The position numbers and the translations under genes were made by a program. This document shows, piece after piece, positions 1 through 7,600 of a stretch of 17,559 nucleotides of DNA. Within the stretch, counting starts at the first letter, position 1; the number at the start of each line of letters is the position of its first letter. The notes under the pieces were generated by a model, which searched no databases, was not told the DNA's origin, and was given only the letters and a program-made list of their open reading frames with translations. The stretch comes from Candidatus Brocadiia bacterium (GTDB lineage: Bacteria; Planctomycetota; Brocadiia; CAIUPP01): positions 1 through 17,559 of the forward strand of contig JBEKCB010000054.1 in assembly GCA_050015075.1 (NCBI GenBank), written 5' to 3'.

Positions 1-786
1 GCCGCGCCCCTCGACGCCGATCTCCTCGCTCATCGTGATCTGGACGTGGTCCACGTACTTCTGGTTCCAGATCGGCTCGAAGATGCTGTTGGCGAAACGG
101 AACACCAGGATGTTCTGCACCGCTTCTTTGCCAAGGTAATGGTCTATCCGGAAGACCTGCCCTTCGGCAAAAGCGCTTTGCAGGAAGCGGTTCAGCTCGC
201 GCGCGCTCGCCAGGTCATGGCCGAACGGCTTTTCGATGATCAGCCGCGACCAGGGCGATCCCTGCGCGTTCGAGCCTTTCGGCAGTGAGCTCAGGGCCGA
301 ACTGCGCGCCAGGCCCGCCTCGCGAAGGCGTTCCGCGATGGGGCCGAAGAAGTCCGGCTGCGTGGCGAGGTAGAAGATATAGTTGGCCGGGACGCCGTCT
401 TTCTTCGCGATTCCCTCCAGGCGTTCGCGGAGCGATTGATAGTCCTTCGGCTCGTGGAATTCCCCGCGGTGGTAGAACAGCCGCGCCGCGAACCGCGCCC
501 AGAGGTCCTTCGGCTCGTCCGCCGTTTTCTCTCTCGCGAATGTTTCGATGCTCTGGCGCATCGCCTCGGCGAAACCGGCGTCGGTCTGCGGCCTGCGCGC
601 GAACCCGACCACGGAGAACTTCTCCGGCCCGAACCCCTGCCGGAAAAGGCTGTACACCGCCGGGATCAGCTTTCGCTTCGTCAGGTCGCCGGAGGCCCCG
701 AAAATCACCAGGATGAACGGCTCCGGAACGGCGTCGCGCCGCCGCGGAGGAAGCTTCTCGTCGTTTTTTCTTTCGTCCGCGCTCAT
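1..786 (-). CDS. zwf: Glucose-6-phosphate 1-dehydrogenase, 5' part (runs off the window start)
   Basis: Absent from the ORF track because it is truncated. Manual translation from ATG 786 gives MSADERKND...PFILVIFGASGDLTKRKLIP (NADP-binding motif) and ...DHYLGKEAVQNILVFRFANSIFEPIWNQKYVDHVQITMSEEIGVEGRG (G6PD signature). A GGAG RBS lies 6 nt upstream. Confidence 0.96.
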   Translation of the reverse strand, partial: MSADERKNDEKLPPRRRDAVPEPFILVIFGASGDLTKRKLIPAVYSLFRQGFGPEKFSVVGFARRPQTDAGFAEAMRQSIETFAREKTADEPKDLWARFAARLFYHRGEFHEPKDYQSLRERLEGIAKKDGVPANYIFYLATQPDFFGPIAERLREAGLARSSALSSLPKGSNAQGSPWSRLIIEKPFGHDLASARELNRFLQSAFAEGQVFRIDHYLGKEAVQNILVFRFANSIFEPIWNQKYVDHVQITMSEEIGVEGRG

Positions 787-814
787 CGGCGGCTCCACGG
801 ATCCTCGGCAGTCA

Positions 815-1330
815 TCATTTCGCCTTCTTCACCGCCTCGATCACCGCGGCGTAATCCGGCTCGCTCGCGATTTCCTTGACGAGCTGGATATAGCGGATTC
901 TCCCTTCGCGATCCACCACGAAAACCGCGCGCGCGAGCAGCCGCAGTTCCTGGATCAGCACCCCGTACGCCGAGCCGAAAGCCGCCTCGCGATAATCCGA
1001 AAGCGTAATGACCGACTTGATTTCGTGGGCGCCGCACCAGCGCTTCTGCGCGAACGGCAGGTCCATGCTGATCGTCAGAATCTGCACGTCCGCGCCCAGC
1101 CCGGTGGCCTCCTGGTTGAACCGGCGCGTCTCGAGATCGCAGACCGGGGTGTCGAGCGACGGCACGGAGGAAATCACGCAGAGCTTTCCGCGGAATTCGG
1201 AGAGCTTCACCGGCTTCATATCGTTGCCCATCAACGTGCAATCCGGCGCCATCTGGCCGACCTTGACTTCGTTCCCCACCAGCGTCAGCGGATTGCCCTT
1301 CATCGTCACCGCCCCTTTGCGTTCGCTCAT
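815..1330 (-). CDS. tpx: Thiol peroxidase (Tpx-type atypical 2-Cys peroxiredoxin); possible upstream start at 1447
   Basis: VTMKGNPLTLVG, SVPSLDTPVC (peroxidatic Cys), SMDLPFAQKRWC (resolving Cys), LLARAVFVVD, EPDY. AAGGAG RBS upstream of ATG 1330. Confidence 0.95.
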   Translation of the reverse strand: MSERKGAVTMKGNPLTLVGNEVKVGQMAPDCTLMGNDMKPVKLSEFRGKLCVISSVPSLDTPVCDLETRRFNQEATGLGADVQILTISMDLPFAQKRWCGAHEIKSVITLSDYREAAFGSAYGVLIQELRLLARAVFVVDREGRIRYIQLVKEIASEPDYAAVIEAVKKAK

Positions 1331-1511
1331 GATCGGCTCCTTGGTGCCCTCAGCACCCGTTTCGCCCCGCCCTTCCCGCCTGCCGAGAAGAGCCACACCG
1401 CACAACGCCAGCGCCGCGCACACGACGAGCGTTCCTTGTGCCCGCATGACTGAAATCCCCATTGGATATGCTCGGCGTCCGACGCAACGCCCAATTCCCC
1501 TCGCTCAGCCT

Positions 1512-1541
1512 ATCATGGGCATAAATGACGAGGCCTGTCAA
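1512..1541 (-). promoter_or_regulatory. Putative sigma70 promoter for tpx-zwf
   Basis: Minus strand reads TTGACA (1541-1536), 18-nt spacer, CATGAT (1517-1512). Confidence 0.4.
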
Positions 1542-1655
1542 GTCACGGACGCGGGCTGGAATTCGCTGGATTTTTCTAAAACGCTGATGTAATATAGCGA
1601 CAGCAGTGTGGGGCTGCATTCCATGGTTGCCGTCAGTCAGGAAAGGAGAGGCACT

Positions 1656-2465
1656 ATGCGGTCGCTGTACCGACTTGCCGCGCTCGCCGGCGTTGCGGTG
1701 ATGTGCATTTCCGGCATGGCGCGCGCGGAAGCGCCGGAGAAGATCTCGCTCAGTATCCTGTATGCGGGCAAGCCGGAGAGCGCGCGGGCGAACGACTTCG
1801 CGCGTTTCCTTCGGGAGCATTTCACCAAGGTCGAGGTGATGGACGCCGCGAAGTTCGATCCCGCGCAGACGGCGGGGTGCGACGTGGTCATCCTCGATTA
1901 CGATTCCGCGGCGAAACTGAAGCTGCCGCCGGACTACTCGAAGCCGACCCTGCTCCAAGGCGTCAATGGCGCGCACGTGGGCTCATCGCTCGGCCTGCGA
2001 TTGGGGTACTCCTGAGGGTGCCTCACCGATGCGGCTCAGTTTGAGCCGCCCAAACATGAAGTCTTCCAGAAGCCCTTCAAGGTCGAACCGCAGGTCGAAG
2101 AGCGCGATAAGCCGGCTTCCTACCAGAATTATCCTGCCGCCGCCAACCTTCCCGCCAAGCTCAAAGTCTGGCGTGTGCAGGACTCCGGCAAGGAGACTTA
2201 CGGCGCCGTCTCCGAGCCCTTCGCGAAGAACGCCCCTGCCGATTGCGAAGTCCTCACCGCCGGAATGAGCACACATAAAGGCCCGGAGCACATCTCGGTG
2301 GGACGACAGGGGAATTTCCTGTTCTGGGGATTCAACTCGCCGCCGTCGAACATGACCGCCGCGGGCAAGGCTTTCTACCTGAACTGCCTGGTGTACATCG
2401 CAAAATTCAACAAGCCGCCGATAAACCGCGCCGGCCCCGCAGGCGGCGCGCCGGCAACCCGCTGA
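1656..2465 (+). CDS. Putative exported selenoprotein, 269 aa, with Sec at codon 120 (TGA 2013-2015) in a U-G-C motif; function unknown
   Basis: AAAGGAG RBS at 1642-1648 and ATG at 1656. Signal peptide MRSLYRLAALAGVAVMCISGMARA. ORFs 1608..2015 and 2175..2465 share a frame, and manual reading of 2016-2174 shows no stop (LGYS-TGA-GCLTDAAQFEPPKHEVFQKPF...KVWRVQD). A SECIS-like hairpin follows the TGA and a terminator follows 2465. Confidence 0.8.
2031..2049 (+). promoter_or_regulatory. Candidate bacterial SECIS element
   Basis: GCGGCTCA-GTT-TGAGCCGC forms a perfect 8-bp stem. The loop begins with GU and is separated from the UGA by 23 nt. Confidence 0.7.
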
Positions 2466-2476
2466 AACGTCCGCTG

Positions 2477-2526
2477 CCGCCGGCACACGAGGGAAATGCC
2501 CTCGTGTGCCGGCGGGTTTCATTTTC
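2477..2526 (+). terminator. Rho-independent terminator, possibly bidirectional, between convergent genes
   Basis: Perfect 17-bp stem CCGCCGGCACACGAGGG / CCCTCGTGTGCCGGCGG with a 5-nt loop, followed by gtttcattttc. Confidence 0.8.
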
Positions 2527-2565
2527 TGACCTTCCTCCCATCCTTCGCATGAGTTCACGCCGGTG

Positions 2566-3228
2566 TCAAGCGAGGAACGGATTCGACCGCGCTTCTTCGC
2601 CGATGGTCGTGCTTTCGCCATGGCCGGGGTTGACGATGGTGTCGGCGGGAAGGGTCAGCAGACGCGTGCGGATGGATTCGACGAGCTGCGCGGCGGAGCC
2701 GCCGGGAAAATCCGCGCGGCCGATGCTGCCGCGAAAGAGGGCGTCGCCGGAGAAAAGGACGGGGTCCTTCGATTCCGCCGCGGCCGCCAGGGCCGGATCC
2801 ACGGGCGAGTAAAGCGCGATGCCGCCGGCCGTGTGACCGGGCACGTGGATGACTTCGAGCCGAATCGTCCCGACGGCGACTACGTCGCGATCGCGCAGGA
2901 GAACGTCCGCCGGCGGCGAGGTGATCGGCGCGCCGAACGCGGCGGACAGATTCAATTTGGCGTCCACGAGCATCTTCGCGTCCGCCTCGTGAATGGCCAG
3001 CTTCGCCTTGGGGAGCGCGGCTTTCAAGCCGGCATTGCCGGCGATGTGGTCGGCGTGCCCGTGCGTCAGGACGATCCACTTGATGTGCGCGCGAAGCGCC
3101 CCCGCCCGCGCGAGAATCTCGTCCGCGAAGCCGCCGGGATCAATCACCACCGCCTCGCGCGTGTCCGGGCAGACCGCCAGATAACAGTTTTCCTCGAACG
3201 GCCCGAATGTCATTACGGAGATTTTCAT
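2566..3228 (-). CDS. MBL-fold metallo-hydrolase (glyoxalase II-like, YcbL/GloC type)
   Basis: ENCYL, VIDPG, THGHADH metal motif, PGHTAG, FSGDALF, SIGRADFPGGS, PGHG, E...NPFL. Start set at MKISV (3228) because the longer ORF begins inside an inverted repeat. Confidence 0.9.
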   Translation of the reverse strand: MKISVMTFGPFEENCYLAVCPDTREAVVIDPGGFADEILARAGALRAHIKWIVLTHGHADHIAGNAGLKAALPKAKLAIHEADAKMLVDAKLNLSAAFGAPITSPPADVLLRDRDVVAVGTIRLEVIHVPGHTAGGIALYSPVDPALAAAAESKDPVLFSGDALFRGSIGRADFPGGSAAQLVESIRTRLLTLPADTIVNPGHGESTTIGEEARSNPFLA

Positions 3229-3271
3229 TTTAACCGCGCAGACGTCAAAGCAGTTAAGACCACAATGTTTC

Positions 3272-3350
3272 GCCGCAAAGAGGCGCAAGAGGCACCGAGG
3301 ACCGAGTCACTTTTCTCCGGTCTCTTGTGCTTCTTGCGCCTCTTTGCGGC
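3272..3350. repeat. Intergenic inverted-repeat element (REP/MITE-like)
   Basis: GCCGCAAAGAGGCGCAAGA(G)GCAC pairs with GTGC(T)TCTTGCGCCTCTTTGCGGC. The first 19 bp are perfect and the arms have an ~9-nt internal period. Confidence 0.8.
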
Positions 3351-3368
3351 TACGTGTCTTGTTCCCGT

Positions 3369-4550
3369 TCACTTCGCCGCGGAGACCTTCGCGAGATAGT
3401 TGTCAATCGTCTCCTGGGCGTCGGAAATGCCGCGCTCTTCCCAGAGGCCGACGATCTTGCGCTCGCGCTCGGCGCTCTCGGGACTGTCGGAGGCGTGCGC
3501 GCCGTTCTTCATCAGGTCGTAGCCGTAGATGCTCCGGATGGTGCCTTCCTCGGCCTCCTTCGGGTTCGTCGCGCCGAGGCGCTTGCGGATTTTGTCAATC
3601 GCATCTTCTCCCTGATAGAGCAGCGCGACGCACTTGCCTTTCTCCTCGGGCGGCAGCGCGGCGCCCGTCTCGTCCTGCCCGGTCATGTAGTTGACGATCC
3701 GCCGGAACTCGAACTCGGCGTTCGCGCCCTTGATCACGTCGGTGATCTTCGTCTTCATCTCGTCGGTGATCGCGAAACCGAAGGTCGAGTGCAGCGCCTC
3801 GGCCGCGCGCTCGCCGGCCGGCTTGGCGAGCTTCTTCACGAAGATGCCTTGCAGCGGCCCATAGAATTCTTCGGCCTGCTCGCGCGTGAAGCGCAGGAGC
3901 TTAATTCCGACGATGAAGAGGCCGGTGCGGCTGAACATGTCAATGATGTTCCCCGGCCGCGCCGAGCGCCGGCCGAAACTGTCCGGCTTGATGATGACGA
4001 GCGTGGTCTGCACCTTGGAAGGGTCTTTGAACTGGACGACGTTCGTGAGCATGCCGCCGTCCTTTCCGGCAAAGTCGCTGAGGACCTGCAACTGCCGCCG
4101 GTTGGCCTCGTCGGTGGTCGGCATGAGCACGGCCGGCTCGAAAAATGAGAGCTTGCCGTGCGAGAGGACGAAATCGCCGTACGTGCCGCGGACGGTATCG
4201 CCCTTCACGTCCGGCGAAAGGTCGCCGATGACCTCGTCGCGCAGCGAGCGAATGGCGTTCTCGCCCTCGAAGAGCAGCAGGCACATGCGGTTGCTGATGG
4301 CGAACGGGTTATCGCGGCGCAGGTTCGTGTGGACGTACTGTTCCAGCGCGCCGCGGACCATCGGGCTGAGGTCCTCCGCCGCCAGCGTCTCGGCGTAGCG
4401 GTTCACCATCTCGTCCGACGGCGCGTACATGCGCGCGCCGACGAGGCGGACTCCCCTGCCGAGCGCCAGCAGGCGCCCGATAATGCCGCCGGTGCGGCTC
4501 TTCTTAAGCGTATAGGGCGTGATGAGAACGCAAGTCAGTTGTTTCTTCAT
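3369..4550 (-). CDS. ndk: Nucleoside diphosphate kinase-family protein with two tandem NDK-like domains
   Basis: The C-terminal domain has TLVIIKPD, RKRLGATNP..AEEGTIRSIYG..MKNGAHASDSPESAERE (catalytic His). The N-terminal domain has a degenerate NDK pattern (VLITPY, LLLFEGENAI, TVRGTYG). AAAGGA RBS before MKKQ. Confidence 0.85.
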   Translation of the reverse strand: MKKQLTCVLITPYTLKKSRTGGIIGRLLALGRGVRLVGARMYAPSDEMVNRYAETLAAEDLSPMVRGALEQYVHTNLRRDNPFAISNRMCLLLFEGENAIRSLRDEVIGDLSPDVKGDTVRGTYGDFVLSHGKLSFFEPAVLMPTTDEANRRQLQVLSDFAGKDGGMLTNVVQFKDPSKVQTTLVIIKPDSFGRRSARPGNIIDMFSRTGLFIVGIKLLRFTREQAEEFYGPLQGIFVKKLAKPAGERAAEALHSTFGFAITDEMKTKITDVIKGANAEFEFRRIVNYMTGQDETGAALPPEEKGKCVALLYQGEDAIDKIRKRLGATNPKEAEEGTIRSIYGYDLMKNGAHASDSPESAERERKIVGLWEERGISDAQETIDNYLAKVSAAK

Positions 4551-4573
4551 CGCACTTCCTTTCTTTTTTTCAT

Positions 4574-4613
4574 CATTTAGCATTCGGCATTCGGAAGTCG
4601 GCATTCGCCATTC
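4574..4613 (+). repeat. Degenerate 7-nt tandem repeat
   Basis: catttag cattcgg cattcgg aagtcgg cattcgc cattc, directly after the dnaE stop codon. Confidence 0.7.
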
Positions 4614-7600
4614 TTAGTTCTGTCCCCTGCTCCATCGCCCGCGCCCATTGCCGCTCGACTGCGCCTGGGGCTTGCGCGGGCTCAACTGCATGTGGCCTTC
4701 GCCGACCAGTCGGCCCATCTCCGCGATGAACGCCTCGGTCGGCCGCACGGCCAGCTCGCGTCCGGCCTTGACGAGTACGCGCTGCTGATCGGGCGCGACG
4801 ACCTCGACGAGCACCGCGCAGTCACCGCGATGCCGCTGGCAGAGCGCCTTGATGTCGTCCACGACCTGGCTGTTGAGCGCGGCGCGCTGCAGGCTGAGCT
4901 TGACCGCGCTCGCCAGCCGCGCCGGCGCCTCGGCGACCGGGATCAGTTCCTGTAGCTTGATTCCGGGGCGATCGCTGCTCTTATCCACCGTGCCGACGGC
5001 GAAGAGGATGGCGTCTTCCTTCAGCAGGCCGCCGTGCTTCTCGAAGCAGTCCGGGAAGACGACGCCGCGGATCGTGCCGGTGGGGTCCTCCATTTCGATG
5101 TGCGCCATGGCGTGACCGCCCTTCGTGATCGTCGGGCGGATGGAGATGACCTCGCCGCCGACGATGACCGGAGCGCCGTCGTTCAGGGACCGCAGCGTCG
5201 CCGCGGTGGCCGTGGCGAGTTGCGAGAGCACGGCCTCGTAGCGGTCGAGCGGGTTGAAGCTCAAGCGCAGGCCGAGCGCCTCCTTCTCATGGCGGCCCAT
5301 CTCGACCGGCGGCCATTCGGGAATCGGCGGCAGCGGCGTCTCGACGGCGCGCACGCCCGTGTCGCCGCCGAAAAGGCTTTTCTGGCCGCGGCGGCGGTCG
5401 AGTTGCGCGCGCGCGCCGCTGCGGAGCGCGTCCTCCAGCGCGGCGATCTTCTGCGCGCGGTTCCCGGGCAGGCTGTCGAATGCGCCTGCCTTGATCAGGC
5501 TCTCGGCCGCCTGGCGGTTGATCGCCGCCGAGTCCACGCGGTCGCAGAAATTCTGAAGCGACGTGAACCGCCCGCCGGCCTCGCGCGCGCGCACGATAGC
5601 CTCCACCGTCCGCTCGCCGACGCTCTTGACGCCGACCATGCCGAACCGGATCGCCTTCTCGCCGCAGACGGTGAAGAGCCCGCCGCCTTCATTCACGCAC
5701 GGCGGCAGCACCGTCAGCCCCATCTGCATGCAGTCGCGGACGTGCTCCTTGAGCCGTTCGCTGTCGCCCATCTCGCACGAGAGGTCGGCGGCGGCGAACT
5801 CCATCGGGTAATTCGCCTTCAGGTACGCGGTCCGGTAGGCGAGGTAGGCGTAAGCCGTCGCGTGCGCCTTGTTGAAGCCGTACTCCGCGAAGTGGCGGAT
5901 CAGCGCGAAGAGTTCCTCGGCGACCTGGGCTGTCATGTGCTTCTTCTGAGCGCCCTTCAGGAACGCCTCTGCGCGCGCATCCACCTCCTCCGAGCGCTTC
6001 TTGCTGATGGATTTGATGCAGCTCAGCGCGTCGGCCAGCGTCAGCCCGCCGAGCTCGTGGAGGATGCGCATGATCTGTTCTTGGTAGACGATCACGCCGC
6101 ACGTCTCCTTCAGGATCGGCTCGAGTTGCGGTGCGACGTACGTGACTTCCTTCTCGCCATGCCGGCGCGCGATGAAGTCGTCCACCATGCCGCTCTTCAG
6201 CGGGCCGGGCCGGTACATCGCGACCACGGCGATCAGGTCCTCCATGTTCTCCGGTTTGAGCCGCCGCAGCAGGTCCCGGATGCCGGACGAGCCGAACTGG
6301 AACACCGCCTTCGTGTCGCCGCGGCCGATCAGCTCGTACGTCTTCGCGTCGTCGAGCGGCACCGCCTGGAGGTCCAGCGCGTGGCCTTGGCTGGCCTTGA
6401 CCAGATCGAGCGTCTTGTCCACGATCGTCAGCGTGCGCAGGCCGAGCAGGTCCATCTTCAACATGCCGGCCTTCTCGAGGTCGTTCATCGCGAACTGGCT
6501 CATGACGACGTCGTTCATCTTGCAGAGCGGGATGAACTCGACAAGCGGTTTGTCGGCGATGACCACGCCGGCGGCATGGGTCGAGGCATGCCGGGCGAGT
6601 CCCTCGAGCTTGCGCGCGTACGTGAGCAGCTCGCGGATGCGTGGGTTGCTCTTCTCGTCATTGCGGAGGCTCTCGTCCTGCTCGAGCGACTTCTCGAGCG
6701 TGGCGCCGAGCACGCCAGGTATGCGCTTGGCCAGCGCGTCGACCTCGCTGACGCTCCAGCCGAGCACGCGGCCCACGTCGCGCACCACCGCGCGCGCCTT
6801 CATGGTCCCGAAGGTGATGATCTGCGCGGTGTTGCTCTCGCCGTATTTCTCGCGCAGGTAATGGATCACTTCCTCGCGGCGGATTTCGCACAGGTCGAGA
6901 TCGAGGTCCGGCGGCTCGCGCCGCTGCGGGTCCAGCGCGCGCTCGAAGATCAGCGAGTAGCGGATTGGGTCCACGTCGGAGATATCCAGCACGTAGGCCA
7001 CCAGCGTGCTGGCGCACGACCCGCGCAGGCCGACCGGAATGCCGCGCCTCCGCGCGAACGCGACGATGTCCCAGCCGATCAGGAAGTAGCTGCTGTAGCC
7101 CATCTTCTCGATCACGCCGAGTTCGTAGTCCAGCCGCTTCTTCGCCGCCGGCGCCGACGCGCCATAGCGACGCTTGAGCCCTTCTTCGCAGAGTTTTCGC
7201 AGGTATTCACCCGCGGAGAGGCCGTCCGGCGGCGTGTAGCGCGGGAAATTGCGCGTTTCGAAATCGAAAGCCACATTGCAGCGTTCCGCGATCACTACGC
7301 TGTTCTCGATCGCGCGAGGCAGGTGGCCGAACCGCGCCGCCATCTCCGCGCCGGTCTTGAAATAGAACTCCTTCGAGCCGAAGCGCATCCGCCCTTCATC
7401 GGCGAGCGTCTTACCTGTGTTGATGCAGAGCAGCACCTCGTGCGCGGCCGCGTCGTCGGGCGCGCCGTAATGGATGTCGTTCGTCGCGACCATCTCCAGC
7501 CCCGCCTCCGACGCCACGCGCGCGAGCCCTTCCAGGCACGCCTTCTGCTCCGGCAGCCCGTTGTCCTGCATCTCGATGAAGAAATTCTCCTTGCCCAGGA

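Noticed and set aside
812-817. TGA at the end of tpx as a recoding site
   Set aside because: It is a tandem TGA-TGA at the normal Tpx C-terminus, so an ordinary stop.
46-879. Plus-strand ORFs at the window start
   Set aside because: Antisense to zwf, which carries clear G6PD signatures.
1656-2465. Nonsense pseudogene or two separate genes
   Set aside because: Disfavoured but not excluded: the only lesion is a TGA two codons before a Cys and just ahead of a SECIS-like hairpin, and the second half lacks an evident RBS.
2463-2515. Second possible Sec read-through at TGA 2463 followed by a hairpin
   Set aside because: The 17-bp stem has an AAATG loop and a T-rich tail, which fits a terminator. 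The preceding residues form a low-complexity tail and the extension would be short.
1983-2621. 212-aa minus-strand ORF
   Set aside because: Antisense to the selenoprotein candidate, runs through the terminator hairpin, and has no motifs.
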